Shown here: positions 13,709 to 27,061 of the stretch, one piece after another | Numbering within the stretch: position 1 is the stretch's first letter | Layout: every line of letters starts with the position of its first letter | Origin: Octopus vulgaris | Taxonomy: Eukaryota | Assembly: GCA_951406725.2 (NCBI GenBank) | Contig: OX597833.1 | Coordinates: 39,866,001-39,930,000 of the forward strand | Direction of reading: 5' to 3' | DNA length: 64,000 nucleotides | The notes under the pieces: model-generated | The model's database searches: none | What the model saw: the letters and a program-made list of their open reading frames with translations, nothing else | Told to the model about the DNA's origin: nothing | Translations under genes and position numbers: made by a program

Positions 13709-14494
13709 TAAATGTGTGTTTGTTTATACCATCATATCAGAAATATATTATTAGTTTCATAGAAATATCAGAAAGTATATCTCCTACACACAGTTTGTTT
13801 TACTCGGTTCAGCCTGGTCTGGTCTGATTAGGCCTTTTTTTTTCTTTAATGTGGTTTAGTTCAGTGTGATTTAAGTTTAGCACTAGCCTTGTCTGGTTGA
13901 ATTTAGTTCAGCTTGGTTTGGTTCAATTTGGTTTGCCTTGGCTCTGGTCATTTCAGTTTTGGTTTAGATTCAGCATCAATCATTTCAGTAAATATATTTA
14001 ATCGAGGACATCTTTGCTTGGCACCAGTTTTAAAACTAAGTGCCAAAAAGCCATTTCAGATTCCTTCTCATTCAATTATTCACACTACAAACAATAAAAC
14101 CAATTTCAGCAACATGTTTACCAATCTTTTGCCTATTTGCTGGACCAAACCCAAAAATCTTGAAGTCTTGGAAAACACTAAATTTCATATAATAACTTGA
14201 TTGCACAGAAAATTCCTTTATAATTGAACTGCTAAAGATGATTTACATAATGCCTACCTTCTGTAACATTTTAGATTTTAGAATAGCAAAATAGTCACAG
14301 AACCTATCAAACAATATATACACACACATTTAATACACGTATGTGTCCTTATTCATCCAATTATATAGACATATAATATGCATGCATAATCATAATCCCA
14401 TCTTCCAATTTGGTCATCCCTCAATCCATGTAGACACTTTCTATGTGTGTTAATATATATATGTGTGTGTTTATATATATATATATATATATAG

Positions 14495-15075
14495 GCATAG
14501 CTGTGTGGCTAGAAGCTTGCTTCCCAACCACATGGTTCCAGGTTTAGCTCCACTTGGGCAAGTGTCTTCTACTATAGCCCTGGGCCGACCAAAGCTTTGT
14601 GTGTGGATTTGGTAGACAGAAACTGGAAGAAGTCCATCGTATATATGTATATATTTATGTGTGCATCTTTGTATCTGTGTTTGTCCCCCCCCCCCCCCCA
14701 CTGTAGCTTGACAACCAATGTCGGCATGTTTACATTAATGTAACTTAATGGTTTGGCAAAAGAGACCAATAGAATAAGTACTAGCCTTACAAAGAATAAG
14801 TACAGGCTTACAAATCCTGGAGTCAAGGTATTGAGTTGGCAGAAGCTTTAGTACAGTGGGAAAAATGCTTAGCAGTATTTCATCTGTCATTACGTTCTAA
14901 GTTCAAATTCCACCAAGGTCATCCTTTCATCCTTTCAGGGTCAATAAATCTAATTGACTGGCCCTCTCCCACAAAATTTCAGGCTTTGTGCTTAGAGTAG
15001 AAAAGAATAAATCCTGGGGTTGATTTCTTCAACTCATATCCTTTCAGGCGGTGCTCCATCATGGTCATCGTAAAA
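14495..15075 (+). mobile_element. SINE family A with nested family B copy (~14830-15005)
   Basis: Family A tail is interrupted by the family B core and resumes at AAAGAATAAATCCTGGGG. Confidence 0.72.
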
Positions 15076-15123
15076 GAATGTAAACATTCTTTTTGCACAG
15101 CACCATGTAGTGTTTAGGTGTAA

Positions 15124-15420
15124 GCAAACTTTAGGCTAGTTTAAATATTTTGGTGACATATTTCAAATTCGAAAGCCAAATTTAATGTAGTTGATATGGA
15201 GTTAGCTCAAATTATTGCAGTTGCCATGGAGAAAAAATTCTCTCTTATGGTAAAAGGTGTAAAAACAGTGTATCTGTCTGAAAGGGAGCAGCACTGGGCA
15301 GATAGGGTGTTTCTTTACACCTTTTAACATAAGAGAATTTTTCTCCACAGTAACTGCTGTGATTTACCTTTAGAAGTTAAAATATGTCACAAACATATTT
15401 TAGCGAACCTAAAGTTCACA
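15124..15420. mobile_element. Degenerate palindromic MITE-like hairpin
   Basis: Nested complementary blocks AACTTTAGG/CCTAAAGTT, GTGACATATTT/AAATATGTCAC, TAAAAGGTGTAAA/TTTACACCTTTTA. Confidence 0.75.
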
Positions 15421-15805
15421 CAAACATACACACACACAAGCATACACACGTAAACATATGCACACATGCACACTCACACACATACATACACAAGGATACA
15501 AACACATGTGCCTATGTGCAACCCTAATTCTGTTCTTCTAAGAACAGAATAGAGTAAGTGGAGCAAGAGCATACATGGAAACAGAAAGTGTTGCTGAAGA
15601 GGACACAGATGTGTGATGAAAGATTTCTGGACAATGGACAGATGTTAAAATAATAAGAACGGTAATAAACAAGTGAAGAAAAATATATGTGTGTGTTTAT
15701 TTGGCAAAAAAGAAGTAGTAAATAAAATGACCATCCCTAAATACAACAATATCTGTTTCAACACACAATTTCACATCAGGAATCTTGCAATACAAATTGA
15801 TAAAC

Positions 15806-15902
<97 letters not shown>

Positions 15903-15931
15903 TACGTATGTATATGTATTATATGTATATA

Positions 15932-15993
<62 letters not shown>

Positions 15994-16713
15994 TGTATAT
16001 GTAGGTATGTATATAACACCTAGATATTTAATGAGGTGACACAAAAGGCAGGAATACTCAATTGTGAAGTTGGTACTCCTGCATGGCCTTGGTCATGATG
16101 GTTCATCATCATTGACAAATTACCATTTGTATGTATATGTATATTGCTGTGTATGTATGCATGTAGGTTGGTAAGTGAATGGATATACAGACAGATAGGT
16201 AGGCAGACAAACAGACAGACAGAGAAACAGGAAGACAGATAGATAGATAAATAGATAGGGAAAGCCAAATAGATAGACAAAAAGATAGACTAATGCATAG
16301 ACAGACAGACAGACAGATATGCAGGGAAGTAGACAGTCTACAATATAGACATTTAGATATACTTTTTTATAAAAACCTCTAAGAAAAATGCATAGACAAC
16401 ATACTACCTAATATAAGAACCAAGAAACTGACAATTCCAAATAAAATGGCAGAACTAGTATCATCATTTAAATTGCAGAAACTAAGGTAAGCAATGGAAA
16501 TTCTTCTTCTTCTCAATTCCATTATGGTTTTCAATTTCCTAATTTGTATTTGTCACTCACCTCGATTGATCCAAGAATCAGATGTCCAAATATCTCCAAT
16601 TGAGACATAGGATTCTTCAATAACAGTTATCCAATCAGTTGCCAGTTTCTGACATTTTCTTCTCAGTCTAGTTCCATCTCAATAGCCATTGTCAAAACTG
16701 CCTTTATTCTAGA

Positions 16714-16748
16714 TGTTGTTGTTGGTAGTAGTGGTGGCGGTGTTGTTG

Positions 16749-16780
<32 letters not shown>

Positions 16781-16785
16781 GGTGG

Positions 16786-16820
<35 letters not shown>

Positions 16821-16851
16821 GTTTTGGTGCTGGTGCTGGTGCTGGTGGTGG

Positions 16852-16882
<31 letters not shown>

Positions 16883-16890
16883 GCTGGTGA
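16714..16890. repeat. Compound (TTG)/(TGG)/(CTG)n microsatellite
   Basis: Seen directly. Confidence 0.9.
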
Positions 16891-16976
16891 TTTTGCTTTC
16901 TCTTGTTGAAGCTATCATTTAACTCCAGATCAGGCCTGAACAAAAATGTTGAAGCCGTGACTATCTCATGTATTTA

Positions 16977-18022
16977 TTGGGTCATCCCATAAATAATGCA
17001 GTCTTCTTATACTTCTTTTATTTTTCAAAATTTAGATAAACAAAATTCTTTTTTAATCTAAAATATACTCTCCTTCATTTCCTACAATGCTCTTCCATCT
17101 ATCTGGTAGACTTACAAGGCCCCTCTTCCAAAATTCACTTGTCCATGATAAAAAGTACTCCTCCAGTACTGAACTCATATTTTTTTCCATCCAAATGATT
17201 TTGAAGACTGCAGAATAAATGATAATCAGATAAGGCAATGCCTGGTGAATATGATAGGTGAGGCATCGTTTCTCATTCAAACTGCTCCAGCCTCTGGAAT
17301 GTCATCCTCACAGTACGTGACTGAGCATTATCCTCATGGAAGAACACCTTTTGTCTTGAAACCAAAGATGGTCATTTTTCTTCTAGTGCTTGCAGTAGAT
17401 CCGCTTTGTTATCATTTGGTTTGGGTTTAAAAGTTCAAAGTGGACTAAACCTTTCATATCCCACCAAACAGATAACAACACCCAATGTGGGTGAAGACCT
17501 TGTTTAGCCTGGGGTGGAAGTGTTTCTCCTTTCCCTACCCACTGTCTTCAGCACTTGACATTTTATAGAGAAGCCATTTCTCATCACCAGTTACTATTCG
17601 GTCCAAAAAAGGTTCACTCATGAGACTTGACAGCAAAGAAGAGCACACATTCACTCTCTGCGCATGATTAGACTCAGAAAGTTTGTGAGGAACCCACTGA
17701 CCCAATTTGTTGACTCTTCGAATGGCACACAGGTATCAATGAATGGTTGAATGATCAAATTCAAGCTTCTCTGTTAGTTCCTCAACAGTTACGATGGGAT
17801 TTTGTTCCACCAGAGTTTGCAGGATGTCTTCATTGAGCTTTACAGATCTTTCAGGACGAGGCTCATCTCCTCTGCTGTTGTTTCTGGCTCAGAATTTCTG
17901 GAACCACCATTGACACTGGTTTACACTTATTGTCTGATCCCCATATACTGCATTAATATTCCTTGCACTTTCTGTTGCATTGTTGCCTTTATTGAACTCA
18001 TAAAGCAAAATATGCAAAATAT
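16977..18022 (-). pseudogene. Mariner transposase pseudogene (second family), 5' end lost
   Basis: TA|TTGGGTCATCCC terminus. Minus strand gives HILLYEFNKGNNATESARNINAVYG (HTH), KLGQWVPHKLS, DRIVTGDEKW and EFWKRGLVSLPDRWKSIVGNEGEYILD*, with stops and frameshifts. Confidence 0.88.
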
Positions 18023-18132
18023 GTTGGCGTTAGAAAGGGAATCCAGCTGTAGAAAATCTGCCAATCCTCAATCAAACAGTCCAACCCATGCCAGCATGGA
18101 AATCAGACGTTAAACGATGATGATGATGATGA
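18023..18132 (+). mobile_element. Short copy of RTE 3' end abutting the mariner
   Basis: TTGGCGTTAGAAAGGG...CCAACCCATGCCAGCATGG...GTTAAACGA(TGA)n. Confidence 0.78.
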
Positions 18133-18148
18133 AATATATATATATATG

Positions 18149-18400
18149 CAAGGGAGATTCAAAAGTTATACGCACTCTTGTTTTCTCAATGTATTTACAC
18201 AAAAGCTGGGGATAAACAAGTACATCATTTTTCTATATAATCTCCTTCCTTTTCAATGCACTTGGTCCAGTGGTCCACAAGCTTGCTTATTCCCTCCAAG
18301 AAGAAGGTTTTCGGTTGGTCGTGCAACCATTTATGCACTACTTCCTTCACATCTATATCCACAGGAAATTGCCAATCTCATAAACCATCTTTTTCGTCTT
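18149..18400 (-). pseudogene. Mariner 3' fragment (third family)
   Basis: Minus strand reads FFLEGISKLVDHWTKCIEKEGDYIEK*; terminal CAAGGGAGATTCAAAAGT is TIR-like. Confidence 0.78.
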
Positions 18401-18596
18401 TAGGCTCCATTTTTCAGATCAGATTTATTACCAAATATGATAAATACTTTTAGTATATTAATAGCAAAACCATACAACATTGGAAGCAGAAACAGCTGTT
18501 AGATGGGATGCAGTTTATTTGTATTGAAGTAATAAATAATAATTGATGTAAGTCAATTGTTGTTCATCAATATTTCTCCATTTTCTGTTTTCTTTC

Positions 18597-20230
18597 ATCA
18601 TCACCATCATCATTTAGCGTCCGTTCTCCATGCTAGCATGGGTTGGACGGTTCAACTGGGGTCTGTGAAGCTGGAAGGCTTCATCAGGCCCAGTCAGATC
18701 TGGCAGTGTTTCTACGGCTGGATGCCCTTCCTAACGCCAACAACTCTGTGAGTGTAGTGGGTGCTTTTTACGTGCCACCCGCACAGGTGCCAGACAGAGC
18801 TGGCAAACGGCCACGAACGGATGGTGCTTTTACGTGCCACCAACACGGGGGCCAGACAGAGCTGGCAAACAGCCACGAAATGGATGGTGCTTTTACGTGT
18901 CACCGGCACAGGGGCCAGGCGAGGCTGGCAACGAGCACGAACGGATGGTGCTCTTACATGCCACCAACACGGGGGCCAGACAGGGCTGGCAACGGGCACG
19001 AACGGATGGTGCTTTTACATGCCACCAACACGGGGGCCAGACAGGGCTGACGAACGGATGGTGCTTTTACGTGTCACCGGCACGGGGGCTAGGCGAGGCT
19101 GGCAACGGACACGAATGGATGGTGCTTTTACATGTCACCGACATGGGGGCCAGACAGGGCTGGCAAACGGACACAAACGGATGGTGCTTTTACATGTCAC
19201 CGACATGGGGGCCAGACAGGGCTGGCAAACGGCCACAAACGGATGGTGCTTTTACATGTCACCAACATGGGGGCCAGACAGGGCTGGCAAACGGCCACGA
19301 ATGGATGGTGCTTTTACGTGTCACCGGCACGGGGGGCCAGGCCAGGCTGGCAACGAACACGAACGGATGGTGCTTTTACGTGCCACCGACACGGGGGCCA
19401 GACAGGGCTGGCAAACGGCTACGAACGGATGGTACTTTTACGTGTCACCTGCACGGGGGCCCTGATGTTGATCGACCTCAATTTGGTTTGATCTTGATTT
19501 TGACTGTTCTCACTGGTCTTGCCGGGTTTTCTCACGCACAGCATACCTCCAAAGGTCTCGGTCACTGGTCATTTCCTTGGTGAGACCTAACGTTCGAAGG
19601 TCGTGCTTCACCGCCTCGACCCAGGTTTTCCTGGGTCTACCTCTTCCACAGGTCCCCTCAACTGCCAGGGTGTGGCCCTTTCGCACACAACTATCTTCAG
19701 CCATTCTCATCACATGACCATACCAGCGCATACGTCTCTCTTGCACACAACAACTGATGCTTCTTAGGTTCAACTTTTCTCTCAAGGTACTTACACTCTG
19801 TCGATTATGAACACTGACGTTACACATCCATCGGAGCATACTAGCTTCATTTCTTGCAAGCTTACGCAAATCCTCAGCAGTCACAGCCCAAGTTTCACTA
19901 CCATGTAGCATGGCTGTACGTACACATGCATCATACAGTCTGCCTTTTACTTTGAGCAAGAGGCCTTTTGTCACCAGCAGGGGTAAGAGCTATCTAAACT
20001 TTGCCCAGGCTATTCTTACTCTAGCAGTTATACTTTCAGCGCACCCGCCCCCGCTACTGACTTGGTCACCTAGGTAACGGAAACTATCAACTACTTCTAG
20101 CTTTTCTCCCTGGAAGGTGACGGAAGTTGGTCTCAGAGCATTTTCAGTGTTAATTGTTCCTGAGCATCTGCCACATACAAAAACCATCTTCCTAGTTAGC
20201 CTTCCTTTGACATTGCTGCACCTCTTCTTT
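18597..20230 (-). mobile_element. 5'-truncated RTE-clade LINE (RT C-terminal region, 3' UTR, (TGA)n tail)
   Basis: ORFs 19990-20230 and 19510-19974 are in one frame, split by a single TAG. Motifs [38 protein letters not shown] are typical of RTE. Confidence 0.92.
18760..19462. repeat. ~61-bp minisatellite (12 units) in the RTE 3' UTR
   Basis: GGTGCTTTTAC motif at 18760, 18823, 18886, 18947, 19008, 19060, 19121, 19183, 19245, 19307, 19369, 19431. Confidence 0.93.
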
Positions 20231-20274
20231 ATATATATATATATGTGTGCATGTATATATATATATGTGTGTGC

Positions 20275-20356
<82 letters not shown>

Positions 20357-20404
20357 ATATATACATGCACACATGCACATGCACACAACAGGCTTCCTTC
20401 AGTT

Positions 20405-20645
20405 TCTTATTCCTTTATTTCTTTACTGCCCACAAGGGGCTGCACACAGAGGGAACAAACAAGGACAGACAAATGGATTAATTCGATGATATCAACCCCA
20501 GTGTGTAACTGGTACTTATTTATTCGACCCCGAAAGGATGACAGGCAAAGTCGACCTCAGTGGAATTTAAACTCAGAACGTAGTGGCAGACGAAATACTG
20601 CTAAGCATTTCACCCGGTGTGCTAACGTTTCTGCCAGCTCACCTG
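20405..20645 (-). mobile_element. SINE family B
   Basis: Reverse-complement core CGACCCCGAAAGGATGA...AACTCAGAACGT...CTGCCAGCTCAC. Confidence 0.85.
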
Positions 20646-21715
20646 AAGGCTTCCTTCACTTTCTATCTACCAAATCCACTCATGAGGTTCTGGTCAGCTA
20701 AGAATCTAGTAGAAGACACTTGCCCAAGGTGCCACATGGTGGGTCTGAACCCAGACACATGTGGTTGAGAAGCAGACTTCTTACTACACTGCTATACCTG
20801 CACCTATCCATGTGCATTTTTTTTTTTGCAGTAATTATTTTATTCATTTTAACTTTTCATTGGATGGTATTAGCTAATCCTTAACAATTTGCTGTTGAGC
20901 AAATTGTTCATTTTTCCAGTGTATTAATCTTTCGCCATGTTTAAGAATATATTATTTTTATCATTCTTACTTTAGTTTCTATGTTTAATTCCTTCACGGT
21001 ATGTTTAAACTTTATATTAATACTTGTTTGTTGCTTTTACCTCAGAGTAGGTCTTGAAGCTTATGATCTGTTTTTATAATGTTTTAATCTTTATTATTTC
21101 CAGAGCTTAACAGAGTAGGCTGATTTCAACTTTTTTCTCTTTCCACCATATTTCTATAAAAAAAAAGAAGTCAACACTGTGGATGAAGAGTGTAATTTAG
21201 TCTAGGTTGAGTATACATTATGAAAGGCTGAGAAATTTATCTTACTGAGTAGGTAGAATGATTTTCTTTTGAAGAGTATGTTAACTTATTGATATTGCTA
21301 ATTTTTTTATGAAAAAGATGTCAGTATTATAAAGAGCTTAGTATTGTTTAATAAATGTTCCTTAGTTATTGATTTGTTCGATATCTTTCTTTAACTGTGG
21401 AATTTCTTCAATGTTTTCTGTATTTTGAGGTTTTGTGTATTTTTGAGATTTGATCAATTTCTGACAGAATTCTGTCATATACTTTTTCTATATGTTTTAT
21501 TGCATATTTTCATATTTCCATAATATAGTAAACGGCTTTTCTTTGAACCCATAGCACAGTTCTAGATTTATATTTTTTAGTAAGACATTTCATATTTTTG
21601 CATGTGCTCCTTCCATTTTACTTAGAGCAGAACTGCTCCTAAATCCATCACCATGTATATAAATATAAGTATGTGTGTGTATATACATATACATACACTC
21701 ACACACACACATCCA

Positions 21716-21786
<71 letters not shown>

Positions 21787-21799
21787 GTATGTATATATG

Positions 21800-21847
<48 letters not shown>

Positions 21848-22559
21848 GTATATAGATATACATATATATCTTCATCAAATGCATTTTTGTACAAAGTCTA
21901 TTGAGAGGACTTAATAGTCATATTATGATTCTTCAGCAATTGTATATATATATACATACACATATATATATACATATATACATGTGGGTGAGCATGTGTG
22001 TGTATATACATGTATGTATGTATGCATCGATGTGTGTGTATACATATACATAAATATATAAGATACATATATGTGTAAATATATATAAATGAATATGCAA
22101 TGTAAACACTTTAACTGAATTTGAATTAATGATCTAGGACCAATGGTTTCATGTTGACAGAGAGACAAACAGACAGACAAATATAGATATAGATATCTTT
22201 TTCCTATCCAAAAGGGTTTTTCAACCCGATATTTATATGCTATCATATATAGCTTTATATGTAATTTGAGATCATATTCCAAACAAGAATTATTCCCTGT
22301 TCTATTGAAAATTTATAAATTCTTATGACATCAACAACATACAATTCTTGCTTGGTAGAGTAAAGTTTCTAAAATGGATAGGGGAATTCAAAGGAATGCT
22401 TTGGTTCAATAGTAGAACAGCTGGCATGCCTACAAGAGATGTGGGTGCAAGTGTCATGAGCAGCCTTCAACTTTTTATCTAATAGGCGTTTCATAACCTA
22501 ATATTTGCATGCTTTTATTTATAGCTTTGGGTCTACTAATATGATAGCTATTTCTTAAA

Positions 22560-22770
22560 GCATTGGGTTGGCAGAATTGTTAGCAGGTCAAGCAAAATAC
22601 TTTGTGGCATTTTGTTTTTCTTTATGTTCTGAGTTCAAATTCTGCCGAGGTCAACTTTGCCTTTCATCCTTTCAGAGTTGATAAATGAAGAACCAGTAAA
22701 ACACTGGAGTCAATGCAATTGACTAGTCCCCTCCACCAAAGTTTCAGATCTTGTGCCTTCAATAGAAAAC
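22560..22770 (+). mobile_element. SINE family B
   Basis: Family B head and core; (TTA)n tail. Confidence 0.8.
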
Positions 22771-22784
22771 ATTATTATTATTAT

Positions 22785-23160
22785 TACCTCCACCTTAGCG
22801 AAGGTGGAAGTATTGTTTTCAGTTGTGTTTGTATTTTTTTGCTTGTTTGTTCATGGACAAGATATCTCAAGAACCATTGGATGGATTTGGATGAAACTTT
22901 CAGAGATGGTTGGCCTTCGTAACTGGCATGAACTGATTAGATCTTGGAATTGATCCGGTACCGGACAAGGATTCTGGATTATTTTTCCAGTTTCTTTACT
23001 TAATTTTTGAGAGCAGTCGCGTTCATTATTAGTATTCTCATTTGTGAGAGCAGCTAAGTTTATTTCAGATATTCTCATTTTAAAAATCATCTCCAGCTAA
23101 TCGTTGAGAGGACATCGGTGTTGCCATGGTGGAGGTTAGCACTCTCTGAGTGCTCTTGTT
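22785..23160 (+). mobile_element. Non-autonomous Helentron/DINE-1-like element
   Basis: 5' ACCTCCACC with a nearby partial inverted copy, 3' subterminal GGTGGAGGT, terminal hairpin GCACTCTCTGAGTGC then T-rich end. Confidence 0.7.
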
Positions 23161-23181
23161 CTTATTACTACAATAATTATT

Positions 23182-23603
23182 AGGGTAGTGAGCTGTCAGA
23201 ATTGTTAGTATGCTGGACAAAATGCTCAGCAGTATTTCATTTGTTTTTATGTTCTGAGGTCAAATTCTGCCAAGGTCAATTTTGCTGTTCATCCTTTTGG
23301 GATTGATAAAATAAATACCAGTTAAACACTGGAGTCACATTAATTGACTTAATCTCCTGTTCCAAATTTGCTGGTCTTGTGCCAAGATTTGAAACCAATA
23401 TATCTAATTCTTGAGGCATTGACCTGGCAGAATCACAAGCATGCTAGGCAAAATGCTTTGCAATATTTTAGTCATCTTTGTGTTCTGAGTTCAAATTTTG
23501 GGGCAGAAGGTGGGTGATAAAATAAGTACCCATTGAACACTTGGTTAATTGACTTAACACCTCACCCAAATTTGCTGGCCTTATGCCAAAATTTGAAACC
23601 AAT
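23182..23603 (+). mobile_element. Two tandem SINE family B copies
   Basis: Heads at ~23182 and ~23415; both end in TTTGAAACCAATAT. Confidence 0.75.
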
Positions 23604-23728
23604 ATGATATCTAATTCCGGAAAAGAATTGTTCCTCGTTCTCTCAAAAGTTTGTAAATTCTTATGATGTTGATGAATATAGATATATAGACATGTAGATA
23701 TAGAGAAATATATAGGCGAAGGTAGAAG

Positions 23729-23780
23729 GTCTTACAGCTGTTTCTAGGATATTAATTGATAATATCCCTTCATCGGAGAC
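23729..23780 (-). ncRNA. Minimal type I hammerhead ribozyme-like motif
   Basis: Minus strand: GUCU-CCGAUGA-A[GGGAUAUUA ucaau UAAUAUCCU]A-GAAA-CAGCUG-UA-AGAC. 4-bp stem I, 9-bp stem II, palindromic stem III, GUA triplet; U4C core variant. Confidence 0.65.
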
Positions 23781-23874
23781 AGTGTGAGAAGGTATAAATA
23801 AAGGCCATTGCATATTTTTGTTTATTGTAGTAAATTTGAGTTACAGCTGTTTATGGTAGTCATTAAAAGTTCAA

Positions 23875-24228
23875 AGGGTAAAGGGTAAAGGGCAAAGACC
23901 CCTTCAGTTATGAATGACCATGGGATGCACCTAGAAGTTCCCCTCTAAAGCACAAGTTCACGCACAAGTCCACACAAGGTCGTTTATGGAAGACTAGCAG
24001 TTTCCCATGCATACCAGCCTCCTCTCTTCATGCCACTGATGTTATCCAATGGAAAGGCAAAGGCCAGTACAGCTTAGCACCAGTGACATCACAACTCATT
24101 TGTACAGCTGAGTGAACTGGAGCAACATGAAATAAAGTGTCTTGCTCAAGAATACAACACACAGCCCAGGCCAGGAATCAAACTCACTACCTTGTGATTG
24201 TTAGCCCAACTGAGCCATGTGCCTTCAT
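23875..24228 (-). mobile_element. tRNA-derived SINE related to family C, (TTTACCC)-type tail
   Basis: Minus strand head GAAGGCACATGGCTCAG...GAGTTTGATTCC...CTTGAGCAAGACAC. Confidence 0.72.
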
Positions 24229-25617
24229 TATAGGTTTACAATAAAGAAAAATATGTTACGACCATTATTTATATCTTGTCTTGTATGTCACTCTGTGTAA
24301 AAACCAGTATAACAGGAGCCCAACCATGGATGGACTTTAACCTTGGATCCTGCCACAAGAACACACAGAGTCCTTTACTAATCTAAACACCATTGTTAGT
24401 TTGGTATACTAACAGAGAGCTTATAAATTAGCTTGCCCAGAATTGATAGATATAAATATATATACATATGCTATATGTTGTGCCCTTTTCTTTCATAATT
24501 TATGCTAGTAAATCTAACATCTCATCTTATGTATAACCTTGCACCATGTTTTCATCACCCAAAATATTAGAATGTCATTTGCATTTTCCATTGAATAATT
24601 GGTAATTCTTCATCATGAAACTATTAGGACTTGATAATAAATTTCACTTGTATATATAAGAATGTTGCGTAGTAATGGAGCAAGACATCAATTTCATGTA
24701 AGTGAATATACTCTATAACATGTGATGAGTACTTTTTCTTCCATACAGGGAGGGGGGGACCGAAATTGTATGTGAGGCTGTGAGTGTGTGTGTATGTATA
24801 CAACTATGTGTGTGCGTGTGTGTATATCTATGTATGTATATCTATATATGTATATATCCATATATATGTGTGGTCACACATACATATATATGTGTGTATG
24901 TATATATATATATGTATTTGTATATATGCATATATACACACATACACATATACAAGCATATATTTGTATATACACACACATGCATACACTATATACATGA
25001 GTGTGTGTGTGCATGTATGTGTGTGCGTGTGTGTGCGTGTGTGTCTGTGTGTGTCTGTGTGTGTGTAAGTGTGTGTGTGTATAAGTGTGTGTATGTGTGT
25101 GTGTGTATGTGTGTGCATGCGTGCATGTGTTTATGTCCATGCTCACATATATGCATGTATACATAAACCTGTAAAATAATATATCATTCTACCTGAAAAG
25201 TTTCGACCCCACCTCCAATCCACCCACATACCCCACCCACCATTTTTCCTTCTTCCATATTTTTGCTCAATAGAGCTTTCTGTCAGTGACAATAGCACAT
25301 TCTTTCTGACAATGAATAATGTAAAGATATTTCATTGACAAATGTTTCCTCAATAAATATTGAAGAAAAGATTATTTCCATACCCTATATAAATAAATAA
25401 ATTGAAGAAAAGAATGATACTAACCATGTTTTATTTATTACTCAAAGATTGAAGGGGTGTTTTGGTTATTTTAGGAGAAATAAAAGGAAATGGAGAGGCA
25501 TATGTATTTCTTCGTGACTGGGTTTGTATTTGTTTCATTTTTACCTTTTTTTCTGGTGGGGTGAGTGGGGAGGTTCTTTCACCTCTTTACCCATTATTTA
25601 TAACTTTGTGTGTGTTT

Positions 25618-25646
25618 ATTTATTATTATTATGATGATCATCATCA

Positions 25647-25686
<40 letters not shown>

Positions 25687-25700
25687 CATCATTATTATCA

Positions 25701-25770
<70 letters not shown>

Positions 25771-25804
25771 CATCATTATTATCATTATTATTATTATTAC
25801 TATT

Positions 25805-25878
<74 letters not shown>

Positions 25879-25914
25879 TATTATTATTATTGTTGTTGTT
25901 GTTGTTGTTATTAT
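25618..25914. repeat. (TAT)/(CAT)/(TGT)n compound microsatellite
   Basis: Seen directly. Confidence 0.93.
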
Positions 25915-26205
25915 TTTAGGAGGCATACTGGAAAATTTCTTTTAGATGTGACACTGAAGTCCCATTCTCTCTCCGTGTCTTTCAGTTCCCATCATATACA
26001 TACATATATACATACTTACATACTTAAATGTATATATACATGCATATGCATATATATATGTATGTATACGTGCGTGTATATATGTATGTATGTGTCTATG
26101 TGTGTATCTATGTAATAAATATAAATTACTCTGCCTTTAATACATTGAGTCTGTCCTTTATTCTGATTGTGTTTCTCTTTGTCTTTATGAAAAACACAAC
26201 TACAT

Positions 26206-26268
<63 letters not shown>

Positions 26269-26732
26269 TATGTGTGTTTGACTATCTTTCTCTTTCTTTA
26301 CCCATAATTCATTAGTTTGTTCACTGTGACAGCCATGTTGGAATTATCTCATGAAGCATTCAATGAAATCTTACTTTCCTTCTCTTCCCTTCATACTCTA
26401 CCCACCAACAACATCTCTACATGTCTCTATCTACCTCTCTATTTATCTACATGTATTTCTCTTCCTCTTTCTCTTCACTCATATTTCCCAGATTTTATAC
26501 ATTATTATGACAACCATGTTGGAAGTTTCTTAGGTATGGATTTCAAAGCGTACTTCCTTCCCTCTCAAAGTCTTAATTTTTCTTTCTCAACCTCTTTCTA
26601 CTCTGGTTCCTCTTCTTATCCTTATTATTATTCCTTGTTACCCATAATTCTCAGGGTTGCTCATTGTGACAGACATGTTGGAGAATTATCCTCATGATGG
26701 ATTTTAAATAATCTAACTTTACTCACTCCAAT

Positions 26733-27046
<314 letters not shown>

Positions 27047-27061
27047 ACTATCTGTATATAG

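Noticed and set aside
16704-16943. Poly-Q/poly-H ORF resembling a transcription factor tract
   Set aside because: Consists almost entirely of a compound microsatellite; no domain.
18760-19462. CRISPR-like array of constant motif plus spacers
   Set aside because: Spacers are near-identical (two variants), there are no cas genes, and the array sits in a eukaryotic LINE 3' UTR.
18643-19583. Long overlapping ORFs of 119-249 aa
   Set aside because: Produced by a stop-poor minisatellite, antisense to the LINE.
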